The translations under genes were made by a program, and so were the position numbers. Shown here piece by piece: positions 20,633-29,431 of a stretch of 64,000 bases of DNA (position 1 is its first letter; each line of letters begins with the position of its first letter). Origin of the DNA: Methanomassiliicoccaceae archaeon (GTDB lineage: Archaea > Thermoplasmatota > Thermoplasmata > Methanomassiliicoccales > Methanomassiliicoccaceae). The notes beneath the pieces are model-generated. The model ran no database searches, was not told the DNA's origin, and saw only the letters and a program-made list of their open reading frames with translations. Where the stretch lies: positions 640,001-704,000 of the forward strand of contig JAXGZN010000002.1 in NCBI GenBank assembly GCA_040776945.1. Direction: 5' to 3'.

Positions 20633-21375
20633 CGGGAGAAGGTCCAGGCCGGGTCCTCGTACCGCGCGCGCGACAGCTCCGAGGCCCTCGCGGACTCGGC
20701 GGCGGTGAGAGGCGATCCCGAGCACTCCTTTCCCCGGCAGAAAGCGGCCTGCAGGCTGGCAAGGAGGTCGCCCGCGCCGCATCCGGTGAGCGAGCGCACC
20801 GAGGTCACTCTGTCCCAGGGGTGCGACAGGGCCTTGTCCGATAGCTTGACCGGATCCACCTTGAGCACCGAGAACATCTTCGCGCTGTCGACATCGTACA
20901 GCACCGTGCCGTGCTGGAGAAAGACCCCTTGCCTGCGGGTCTGAGCGCAACCCGATATTTTGCGGCCTCCGGCCAAGATGTCGTTGATCGGAGCGAACTC
21001 CGAGGCTATCCCGAGATCGGCCAACGCCGCGATGACCCAACCGCAGACCTCCCGGTACGAGGCGAGGATGTCCGCCCCCATCATCGGCTCGGGCGCGATC
21101 ACGCTGTATGTGATCTCCCCGGAGCTGTCATGGTATACCGCCCCTCCGCCGGTGCGCCGGCGGACCACATCCACCCCCATGCGGGCGCAGGCCTCCAGGT
21201 CCACCTCGTCCTGGACCCTCTGAAACCTGCCGATGCTTACCGCCGACGGCCGCCAGGCATAGAACCTGATGGTCGGGGGAGCGTTGCCTAGGCCGACCGC
21301 TTCGGCCACCGCCTCGTCCACGGCCATGTTCACCGAGGCCCGGTGGCCGGTGAACGGCAGCAGGCGCCACCTCAC
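20629..21375 (-). CDS. lplA: Lipoate-protein ligase A, catalytic subunit
   Basis: NMA.DE, VRR.TGGGAVYHD, NDI, KISG.AQ and QHGT motifs. Confidence 0.9.
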   Translation of the reverse strand: MRWRLLPFTGHRASVNMAVDEAVAEAVGLGNAPPTIRFYAWRPSAVSIGRFQRVQDEVDLEACARMGVDVVRRRTGGGAVYHDSSGEITYSVIAPEPMMGADILASYREVCGWVIAALADLGIASEFAPINDILAGGRKISGCAQTRRQGVFLQHGTVLYDVDSAKMFSVLKVDPVKLSDKALSHPWDRVTSVRSLTGCGAGDLLASLQAAFCRGKECSGSPLTAAESARASELSRARYEDPAWTFSR

Positions 21376-21656
21376 TCCAGGGCCTCCCTGATCAGACCGG
21401 CGAGGTCAGGAGACTCGAAGCCGATGGCCACTATGCCGCGCTCCTTCAGTACCCTATCGATCAAAATGGAGATGTCCTTCGAGGCCGTGCTCAGCGGCAG
21501 GCCCGCCAGCGCTTCCTCGACGATATCGATGGCCTCCTCCGGATGCATGAAGAAGTCCCCGGATACCTCCGCCCGGACGATGACCGCTCCATCGTGCTCC
21601 AGGCGGACCGAGAGCATCTTGCCCCCGGCGATCTTCCGTCGGGCGGAGGCTTCCAA
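21372..21656 (-). CDS. lplB: Lipoate-protein ligase accessory subunit (LplB / C-terminal domain)
   Basis: K..GGKML, SGDFF.HPE motifs; start likely TTG; stop overlaps the lplA start. Confidence 0.8.
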   Translation of the reverse strand: MEASARRKIAGGKMLSVRLEHDGAVIVRAEVSGDFFMHPEEAIDIVEEALAGLPLSTASKDISILIDRVLKERGIVAIGFESPDLAGLIREALE

Positions 21657-21659
21657 CGC

Positions 21660-21965
21660 TCACTCCTTGGCCAGGTCCAGGATCTGCTGCTTGGTGGTCC
21701 TCATCCCGCAGAGCGCCTTCTTGGTCCTCTCGTTGTACAGGGATGGCACGCCCAGCGAGCCTCCGCATGCCCTTTTAAGGACGTCCCCGTAGGACCGCAT
21801 GAGCTTTGCGTTCTCATCGGAGTGCCATACCTCGAGCTGGGTGATCCCCTGCCCGCCTGCCTTGACCAGCTCCTCGCTCACCTCGTCGACCACCGGGTGA
21901 AGCTTGGCGCAGTGGGGGCATTCGCGACCCCAGAAGAATATCAGTCTGCCGCCTTGTTCCGACAT
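21660..21965 (-). CDS. Thioredoxin-fold protein (CPHC)
   Basis: FFWGRECPHC active site, cis-Pro GVP. Confidence 0.8.
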   Translation of the reverse strand: MSEQGGRLIFFWGRECPHCAKLHPVVDEVSEELVKAGGQGITQLEVWHSDENAKLMRSYGDVLKRACGGSLGVPSLYNERTKKALCGMRTTKQQILDLAKE

Positions 21966-21966
21966 G

Positions 21967-22395
21967 TCATTTCCTCCCTACGAACAGGCCGCACCAGCAT
22001 TCCCCGGTCTCCCTGTAAACAGGCTGTATGAAGAAGTTGCAGGGGCAGATGAGGTCGAGGTCCTCCTCCAGGTTCCCGGTCGTGATCCTGCAGGGACAGT
22101 ACTTCAGGCCATGGTTCCTCTGGTTCTCCAGCTCACCCCTGGCCAGCGTCTTGACGAACTCGGCGTCGGGGTTCAGCCTGAACGGTTTGCCTTCGGCGAA
22201 CCTCTCCCAGACCTCCAAGAGCTGATCGACCTGGTCCAGGCGGTCCCCTCGGTCTATGATGACCTTCTTCGCTTCCGGATAGTCGATCAGCATGAACGCG
22301 TTCTTCGCGCCGCAGGTGGGGCAGACCTCCGGCCCCTTAATGCCATAATGGATGTCGTTGCACACGTTGCAACGCCAGAGCTTCTTCACGGCCAT
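21967..22395 (-). CDS. Ferredoxin:thioredoxin/disulfide reductase (FTR-c type) with N-terminal rubredoxin-like domain
   Basis: WRCNVC...CPTC, then YCPCR, ICPC and CWCGLF. Confidence 0.85.
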   Translation of the reverse strand: MAVKKLWRCNVCNDIHYGIKGPEVCPTCGAKNAFMLIDYPEAKKVIIDRGDRLDQVDQLLEVWERFAEGKPFRLNPDAEFVKTLARGELENQRNHGLKYCPCRITTGNLEEDLDLICPCNFFIQPVYRETGECWCGLFVGRK

Positions 22396-22494
22396 TATAC
22401 TCCTCCATTGACAATGTTATGTATCGAATATAAACAATTGGGGTCTCGCGAGGAAGCAAAGATTTTTAGGGAACGGCACCCATTTTTCCGCGAT

Positions 22495-22854
22495 ATGACC
22501 GCCATGCGATGCCCGTTCTGCGATACGTTCCTGCAAGGTGATGGGGAAGGACCGCTCTCTATTGCGCTTAAAGGCCACCTGTTGGAGGCACATCATCTGC
22601 GAGCGGAACGCGATGTGCTGTCCGGCGTTAAGTTCCGGGAGCACGATCCGCAAATGTGGGAGGGAATGAAGAGCGGCGCCGTGCCGACGGACCGTGCCGT
22701 GGGAGAGGACGTTGAGGAGTCGGTCCTGTGCCCCTTCTGCGGGGAACGCTTCTTCGGACACGACGGGGAGGACCTGACCCAGCATCTAATAGCCCATTTC
22801 CAGGACGTCCACGGCATCAGAACGCCGGGCAGATCGCTGACCCTGGTGCGCTGA
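22495..22854 (+). CDS. Small protein with two CxxC...H-x4-H zinc fingers (DUF1059-like)
   Basis: CPFC...HLLEAH and CPFC...HFQDVH internal duplication. Confidence 0.65.
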   Translation: MTAMRCPFCDTFLQGDGEGPLSIALKGHLLEAHHLRAERDVLSGVKFREHDPQMWEGMKSGAVPTDRAVGEDVEESVLCPFCGERFFGHDGEDLTQHLIAHFQDVHGIRTPGRSLTLVR

Positions 22855-23388
22855 TCAGAGCTTCTTCAGCACCGGGCCCGGGGTCCTGAACTCGCCGTCC
22901 CAGTAAAGGAGGACGTTGGACCTGTCGTAGTTCTTGGCCACATCAGTGTGGACGACCTTGCCCATGTACCATATGTGGTCCCAGTCCCCACGGTCGATCT
23001 GCTCGAGCTTCTTTACCTCGATGTTCAGAGGGCACTCGGCGATGCTTGGCGACCTGATCCGCTTGCCCGGCTCGGGGGTCAGCCCTATCTCGGAGAACTT
23101 GTTCAGCCTGCTGCCGGAATGGTGCCCGCAGCGAACGACGTGGTCCAGTATATCCTTTCCCGGCACGTTCAGGGAGAAATCGTCGGTTTCCTCCAGCAGC
23201 TTATAGCTGTATCTGGATGACCTGATCCCTATGCCCACGATGGTGGGGTCAACCGAGAACACGTTGAACATCCCTATGGTGGTTACGTTCTGCTCCTTCT
23301 CTCCCACTGCCAGGAGCATCACCGGGGCGGGTGGCAACTGCATTACCGCTTCGATCGCTCCCATGTCTAGCTTAATGTCCTCCGTCAT
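22855..23388 (-). CDS. Flavin reductase family protein (flavoredoxin-like)
   Basis: P.PVML, FSLNVP, CG..SG...KF and P.IAECP motifs. Confidence 0.85.
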   Translation of the reverse strand: MTEDIKLDMGAIEAVMQLPPAPVMLLAVGEKEQNVTTIGMFNVFSVDPTIVGIGIRSSRYSYKLLEETDDFSLNVPGKDILDHVVRCGHHSGSRLNKFSEIGLTPEPGKRIRSPSIAECPLNIEVKKLEQIDRGDWDHIWYMGKVVHTDVAKNYDRSNVLLYWDGEFRTPGPVLKKL

Positions 23389-23490
23389 TGAGACACCGTA
23401 CTTCAATCGACGGCCGGCATTATAATAGCGTCTCCTAACGGGTGAGGGCCCGAGCGCGATCTAATTCCTCCCCGGTTTATCAGGGGCAGC

Positions 23491-23913
23491 TCAGTCCATC
23501 TCGGCGGGGTCCTCCTCGGGCGGAAGGGAGATGAGCCGGCGCCAGGTCTCTCGGTCCACCAGCCGGATGTCCCCCCACTCCTCGTAATAATGAAGCTGAT
23601 AATAGGACATCCAGTTGTTGTTAAGCTCAAGCAGCTTCAGCCGGAAGGCCGCTGCCCGGCCCCGGGGGACCAATACCACCAGCCTTGCCCTCCGCCTCAG
23701 CACCTGGGAGTACTCGAAGAGGAGCTTGGGGTCGTCCAGGGACTCGTCGGTCTCCACGAACTCCTTGCTGAGCACGAAGGCGTCCATGTACGCTGTGATG
23801 ATCCCCCTGCGCCCCCGGACCTCGTACCTTACCTTGGCCTCTGGATATTTCTCCCTCACCTCCCGCTCGGCATCGGCCGCCCTTTTCCTGGTAACCTCAT
23901 CGATCACATCCAT
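23491..23913 (-). CDS. Hypothetical protein, paralog of 43086-43472
   Basis: Shared EF(V/F)ET..S...P and V(V/I)VP pattern. Confidence 0.6.
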   Translation of the reverse strand: MDVIDEVTRKRAADAEREVREKYPEAKVRYEVRGRRGIITAYMDAFVLSKEFVETDESLDDPKLLFEYSQVLRRRARLVVLVPRGRAAAFRLKLLELNNNWMSYYQLHYYEEWGDIRLVDRETWRRLISLPPEEDPAEMD

Positions 23914-24033
23914 TCGGACCCCGGAGGACAAACGTCGATGGCACTATTTATCTGCAGGTCCCGAGGGCCTCCGCGGCAGCGATGGATAATCGCGGGACAA
24001 TGATTATCTAGGCGCCGTCTTTCATGATGCCAG

Positions 24034-24396
24034 ATGGCCAGGCGTAAGAAGAGGAGGTTCACGATCAAGCCCGTTCTCTCGGCCTTCGTGTGGGGCGTGC
24101 TCGTGTCCCTGGGGATCGATCCGGGGCAGATGGTGTTCGAGACCGTCGCCGCGCATCTCGGGCCATACTTCCGCATCGCCGCGGTGCTCCTCCTGCTCCT
24201 GACGATCTACTTCTCCTACGATTGGATCGTGGAGGGGATCTCTCGTTCCAGAAAGGCCTTCCGTGCCGCGGGCGCGGTGGGCGTCGCGGCGATCGTCCTG
24301 GCGTTCCTGGCAGGGTTCTTCGTGTTCACCTGGGACAGGGCTGCGATAATGCTTCTCGCCTCCGTGCTGGCCTGGCTGTGGGCCACTTTGAGATAA
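24034..24396 (+). CDS. Small membrane protein
   Basis: About four hydrophobic helices; GIDP motif. Confidence 0.6.
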   Translation: MARRKKRRFTIKPVLSAFVWGVLVSLGIDPGQMVFETVAAHLGPYFRIAAVLLLLLTIYFSYDWIVEGISRSRKAFRAAGAVGVAAIVLAFLAGFFVFTWDRAAIMLLASVLAWLWATLR

Positions 24397-24434
24397 AGAT
24401 AAAGAAGAAGGAGGCCCGAAGGCCGCGAAGGGCC

Positions 24435-24716
24435 TCACTTGGAATCGATGATCTTTATGAGGTGGTAGCCGAACTCCGTCTTGACGGGACCGACGACCTC
24501 TCCCTTCTTCCCGTTGAAGGCGGCATCCTCAAACTTCTTCACCATCTGTCCCCGGCCGAAGGTGCCCAGGTCCCCGCCCTTGCTCTTGGAGGGGCACTCC
24601 GAGTACTGCTTGGCGATGGCCTCGAAGCTCTCACCGGATTTGATGCGGGCAAGAAGCTCGAATGCCTTGCTCTGGTCCTTGACAAGTATGTGCGCAGCGT
24701 GTACTTTGGTAGCCAT
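24435..24716 (-). CDS. ppiC: Parvulin-type peptidyl-prolyl isomerase
   Basis: A.HILV, S.CPS...GGDLG.F..GQM and TEFGYHLI motifs. Confidence 0.95.
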   Translation of the reverse strand: MATKVHAAHILVKDQSKAFELLARIKSGESFEAIAKQYSECPSKSKGGDLGTFGRGQMVKKFEDAAFNGKKGEVVGPVKTEFGYHLIKIIDSK

Positions 24717-25103
24717 GGCCTCTCGGCACGCTTGAACCGGGATAAATATCTTCGTCTGCAGCGGCAGTTAAAGCCGCGTCCTATCTGACCTCTCCAAGGC
24801 CGTGCTCTTTGGTCCGCTAACCGGCGCGGCCGGCGCTGCCGCCCTTAGGCGGCCGTCGACCGACGTCGCGGACGGGGCCCCACTCCGCCGGCCGCGGTCC
24901 CCATGGATCGATGCCCCTTAAACATCCGCGTTGGTCCCAGGGACGCCAAGGCCGTCATGGGCCGCCGTCCAAGCGAGGCGGTGCCTGTCCTACTGCATCC
25001 AATGGAGCGCCTTACACTTCAATATCGCAACGGTGCCTGCATTGGGTCCGTTTGGGCAACGGGAGAGAAAGAGCGTTATTCTCGTTCGATATTGCGCCTT
25101 TGG

Positions 25104-25775
25104 ATGCTGGAAAAGGCCCGTTATCTGGTAAGCCGTCATATCCGTCCCATCAATGCGCTGCAGGAGGGCATATACGGCCTCATCATGGCCCTGGCCACCA
25201 TCAGCGTGGTCTCCCTTACCATAGGGCTGGACGATTCCACCCGCACCACCATTGCGCTCTCGGCCTTGGGGGTCAACATAACCTGGGGCCTGGCGGACAT
25301 GCTTATCATAGGCACCCTGGAGAGCTTGGACCGCGCCTGCCGCGCCCGTCTGGCCGACCGCCTGTTCAGCGAGCCGGACGAGGACTGGGCCCTGGAGGCC
25401 GTCCGGAAGGACCTGGAGGGAACGGTGGTGGACCGCCTGGACCCTGTTGACCGGTCCCGCATATACCTTGATATCCTCGAAAGCGGCTCGATCTCACTGG
25501 AACCTTGCCCCCGTTTCGGGAAAGAGGTCTTTAAGGGCGCCGGGCTGTCCTTCGCGATCACCGTGATCGCGGCCCTCCCGGCAGTGTCGGCCCTCATGCT
25601 CATAGGCCCGGTGGTGTTGGCGTTCCAAGCGGCCTCGACGGCGGTCGTCGTCCTCTTGTTCCTACTGGGCTTCGCCTGGGCCCCCGTCGCCGGAGTGGCC
25701 AGGTGGAAGGTGGGTCTCGCGCTCTCGGGCATCGGGCTGCTGATCGCCCTGTCCACCCTTATCATCGGCGGATAG
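25104..25775 (+). CDS. VIT1/CCC1-like membrane protein
   Basis: EGIYGLIMAL and N.TWG..D motifs; TM2-cytoplasmic-TM3 layout. Confidence 0.6.
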   Translation: MLEKARYLVSRHIRPINALQEGIYGLIMALATISVVSLTIGLDDSTRTTIALSALGVNITWGLADMLIIGTLESLDRACRARLADRLFSEPDEDWALEAVRKDLEGTVVDRLDPVDRSRIYLDILESGSISLEPCPRFGKEVFKGAGLSFAITVIAALPAVSALMLIGPVVLAFQAASTAVVVLLFLLGFAWAPVAGVARWKVGLALSGIGLLIALSTLIIGG

Positions 25776-25816
25776 GCACATCAACCTTATTAGCGGGGGC
25801 TCCATTCGCTGATGTG

Positions 25817-27073
25817 ATGTTGAAGCAGCTGGACGTTGGGCAGTGGAGCGTTAAGAGGCGAGGGAGCATCGCAGAGGTCCGCGCCCCCGTGGAGGATATC
25901 ATAGCCCAGGTCCGGGAGCGGGGGGACGAGGCCCTCCTCGACCTTACCGAGAGGTTCGACAAGGTCCGTCCAGACCGCATACGGGCGACGAGGGAGGATA
26001 TCGAGGACGCATATCGCCGGGTGGACGAGCGGGTGGTGAACGCCCTCAAGCGCTCAAAGGAGAACGTGGAAAGGTTCCATCGCTTGCAGCGCCCCGCCGA
26101 CATGTGGACCCAGGAGATCTCCCCGGGGCTGGTGCTCGGGGTGAAGACCACTCCCCTCGACCGAATAGGGATCTACGTTCCCGGCGGACGGGCGTCCTAT
26201 CCGTCGACGGTCATCATGTGCGCCGTCCCCGCCCGGGTGGCCGGCGTTCCGCACATCGCCATGTGCACCCCGCCGCCGGTGAGCCCACTCACTTTGGTGG
26301 CCGCGGACATCGCGGGGGTAGACGCCGTTTACACCGTAGGCGGGGCCCAGGCCATAGCTGCCATGGCCTACGGCACGAGGTCCCTGGACCCGGTGCAGAA
26401 GATAGTCGGGCCGGGGAATGTGTACGTGACCATGGCCAAGATGCTGCTCCGGGACATCGTGGAGATCGATTCCCCCGCGGGACCGTCGGAGATCGCGGTA
26501 CTCGCGGACGCCACGGCCGACGCGGAGCTCATCGCCGCGGACATGCTGGCGCAGGCAGAGCATGATCCCAACGCGGCCTGCGCGCTCATCACCACCGACG
26601 AGGGCCTGGTATCTAAGGTCGGAAGGGAGATCGAGAAGGCGCTTTCAAGGGCTGAAAGAAAGGAGATAATTGAAAGGTCGCTGAGCAATTGCGGCTATCT
26701 GCTGGCTAGGGACCTGGTTTCTGCGGTCGAGATCGTGAACTACATGGCGCCGGAACACCTGTCGATACAGGTGTCCGATCCGCAGGGAGCGCTTCAAAGG
26801 GTCCGCAACGCAGGCTCCATATTCGTTGGCAGGTATGCGGCGGTGGCCCTCGGGGACTACGCCTCCGGAACAAACCATGTGCTCCCGACAGCTGGATATG
26901 CGCATGTCCACTCCGGCCTCGATGTCATGCATTTCATGAAGCGCAGTTCACTGCAGATCGTGGACCAGGATGGCCTAGAGTCTTTGGCGGACACCGTGGA
27001 GACCCTCGCGAAGGCCGAAGGCCTTCATGCCCACGCGCGATCCGTCGCGGTGCGCCGCAGGAAACGCGATTGA
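25817..27073 (+). CDS. hisD: Histidinol dehydrogenase
   Basis: YVPGG.ASYPS, GGAQAI, GPGN.YV, AGPSE, QAEHD, APEHL and GDY.SGTNHVLPT motifs. Confidence 0.97.
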   Translation: MLKQLDVGQWSVKRRGSIAEVRAPVEDIIAQVRERGDEALLDLTERFDKVRPDRIRATREDIEDAYRRVDERVVNALKRSKENVERFHRLQRPADMWTQEISPGLVLGVKTTPLDRIGIYVPGGRASYPSTVIMCAVPARVAGVPHIAMCTPPPVSPLTLVAADIAGVDAVYTVGGAQAIAAMAYGTRSLDPVQKIVGPGNVYVTMAKMLLRDIVEIDSPAGPSEIAVLADATADAELIAADMLAQAEHDPNAACALITTDEGLVSKVGREIEKALSRAERKEIIERSLSNCGYLLARDLVSAVEIVNYMAPEHLSIQVSDPQGALQRVRNAGSIFVGRYAAVALGDYASGTNHVLPTAGYAHVHSGLDVMHFMKRSSLQIVDQDGLESLADTVETLAKAEGLHAHARSVAVRRRKRD

Positions 27074-27126
27074 TCACGGCAGGCCAGGGATAAAGCTGGC
27101 CTATCGGCTTAAGGTCACGGAGGAAC

Positions 27127-27648
27127 ATGGTCACCACAAAAAAGTTGCCGGCAATGCTGTCGTGGAGGCAGCCTCAGGCCTCCAGGAGGTACTTCGAGCT
27201 TGTTTCAGAGGACCGGACATTGGCCGCCTTGAGGTTTCCCAAGCTGACGGGAACTTTGGCCGAAGCTCAAGCGGACGGTACCAGCTACACGTTCAAGCGC
27301 TCAGGCTTTCTGAGACCGAAGGTCACCATCAGGAAGGCCCCGTTCGACCAGGACATAGGCGTGGTGAATATGTCCCGGAGAGGTGACGGCGAGGTCGACA
27401 TGATCAACGGCAGGCGGTACGTCATCAGGCGCCCGTCGGTCTGGTCCTTCCGATGGCAGGTATTCGACGAGAGCGATGGTTTGATGGCTGATGTCCGTTC
27501 AAGGTCTGGCCTCCTGCGCCTTGAGGGTAAGGCGGACATAACGGAAAAGGGAGCGCTTAGCGCCGACATGCTCCTCCTTCTCGTCCTGGAATGGTACATC
27601 ATGGCCCTTATCCGCCGGGATAGCTCCACCGGCGCCTCGGGAGCCTGA
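27127..27648 (+). CDS. Hypothetical protein (Tubby-C/LURP-one-like), paralog 1
   Basis: Beta-rich with C-terminal hydrophobic helix; similar to the next ORF. Confidence 0.6.
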   Translation: MVTTKKLPAMLSWRQPQASRRYFELVSEDRTLAALRFPKLTGTLAEAQADGTSYTFKRSGFLRPKVTIRKAPFDQDIGVVNMSRRGDGEVDMINGRRYVIRRPSVWSFRWQVFDESDGLMADVRSRSGLLRLEGKADITEKGALSADMLLLLVLEWYIMALIRRDSSTGASGA

Positions 27649-27653
27649 CCCCG

Positions 27654-28127
27654 ATGGCCATCCCTACGGGGGAGATGGTATGGGGGCGACCGAAGCCTTG
27701 GAAGCTGGACTGGGAACTGCGCCAGGGCAGCAAGGTCGTTGCAAAGATGTCGTCCCCGTCGATGTTCGGGACCACCGTCCGCGCCTCCATCGGCGATGAG
27801 CATTATGTGAACAGGAAGGGCGGGCTGCGCAGGCCTGGAGCGGCGATCGCCAGACAGGGCGAGCCGAACGACATCGGGCGGTTGGAGTTCGACTCGCTGG
27901 ACAGAGGAACGGTGCTTCTCGCCGACGGTGCGACTTACAGATGGGAGCGCCAGGGACCGGCCGGGACATGGGCGATGCTCCGCGACGACGGGGACGTGCT
28001 GTTCACCGTCCATCGGAACGCGCGGGATAAATACCCTGTCGGCAGGGTCAAGGTGATGGCGGCCGATCGGTCCATGGGAGTCCTGCTCATCCTCTCGTGG
28101 TTCGTGATCAACAGCACCGAGTGCTGA
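27654..28127 (+). CDS. Hypothetical protein (Tubby-C/LURP-one-like), paralog 2
   Basis: Shares W..P, GT, G.LRP, DIG and terminal LL.L.W with the previous ORF. Confidence 0.6.
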   Translation: MAIPTGEMVWGRPKPWKLDWELRQGSKVVAKMSSPSMFGTTVRASIGDEHYVNRKGGLRRPGAAIARQGEPNDIGRLEFDSLDRGTVLLADGATYRWERQGPAGTWAMLRDDGDVLFTVHRNARDKYPVGRVKVMAADRSMGVLLILSWFVINSTEC

Positions 28128-28523
28128 TCCCTCCCTCCCGATCGTAGCCCATTTCGCGCTTTCTCATGAAGATGGGCACCACGGGGGCGTGGGTGGGAAC
28201 GGGCGCTCGCCCACGAGCATGGAGCCAACGGTCCTCAGCCCCCGAGCCCGTGAACGCGGGATGTCAGCGAGGCCGCCCTCGTCTCCGGCCTCTATAGGAG
28301 GACAGGCTCGGTCAGGTGCCTGGGCACAGCGTCCTCATGGGCCTGCGGCAACCATCCCTCTCGGCAGGATGCTTAACAGGGCGTGTCCAATTACTGGACA
28401 CCGGGGTTTGGCCCGGCCAGGTCGTCCGCCGCGCTCAAGCAGGATCTCCGAACCTCTCGCACGCCAACGAGCCTCTTCCTCATGTCAGCGGTGGTTTGAT
28501 TTCCCTCGCGGCCATCCACCTGT

Positions 28524-29186
28524 GTGGCCGAAAGATATGGAAGGACGCCATCGCAAGCGAGGTCCTATGAGGACCAGAGAGCCTATTGGGACCGCGAGTA
28601 TTCCGGCCCCCATCCCAAATGGAGGGGGCCGCCATCCGGCGTCCTTTCTCCAGACCTTCATGGAAGGGTGCTCGAGTTGGGCTGCGGCAACGGGAAGACG
28701 GCCGGCCTGATCATCGGGCGGGGCGCGGAGCTCGTGGCCGTAGATTTCTCCATCAACGGACTGCGCGCCTGCCGGCGTTCGTTGGGCCTGGCCAACCTTG
28801 AGGCGGTCCTGTCGGACGTCCGCTTCCTCCCATTCACCTGCGGCTCCTTCGACAGCGTGGTAGCATATCACGTGCTTGGTCACCTGATGGAGGAGGAAAG
28901 ACGGGAAGCGGTAAGCGAGGTCCACAGGGTGCTGAGGCGGGGCGGCACGCTGTTGCTGAAGGTCTTCTCGGTGCAGGACATGAGGTTCGGACAGGGGAAG
29001 GAGGTGGAGAGGGGGACCTTCCGCCGTGGCACCGGAATAAGGACACACTTCTTCGAACGGGAGGAACTGCTCGCTTTGACATCGGGCTTCGAGGAGGTAT
29101 CTCTGACGGAGGAGATCGCAAGGAAGCGCTATGGCGGAGAGGAAAGGTCGCGCGGGGAATGGATAGGGACTTTCAGGCGCCCGTGA
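28524..29186 (+). CDS. Class I SAM-dependent methyltransferase
   Basis: VLELGCGNGK, VDFS, LPF..SFD and RVL..GG motifs; start uncertain. Confidence 0.85.
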   Translation: MAERYGRTPSQARSYEDQRAYWDREYSGPHPKWRGPPSGVLSPDLHGRVLELGCGNGKTAGLIIGRGAELVAVDFSINGLRACRRSLGLANLEAVLSDVRFLPFTCGSFDSVVAYHVLGHLMEEERREAVSEVHRVLRRGGTLLLKVFSVQDMRFGQGKEVERGTFRRGTGIRTHFFEREELLALTSGFEEVSLTEEIARKRYGGEERSRGEWIGTFRRP

Positions 29187-29431
29187 GGCGCATCTCCTGA
29201 GAAATGACGCAGGTCTTCCGACGAGCGGGGCCCGAGACATAGTTGGGGCCAACGCCCCCTGAGATCCTGGGATGGAACGATGCGGAGACAGTATCGGCGC
29301 GACCGTCCGGGCGCGCGGCCGTGCCTTCATGCGGTACGCCGATACTAGAGGAACACCTCGCTCGGCCCTCCGCTTATACGCCTTGCTAATAGTGGCGGTC
29401 GCGTTCGCGGGGCCCGGGGGGGGGACAGGCG

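Noticed and set aside
21904-22494. N-terminal extension of the 316-aa ORF 21904-22854
   Set aside because: Antisense to the FDR/Trx genes; the plausible protein starts at ATG 22495.
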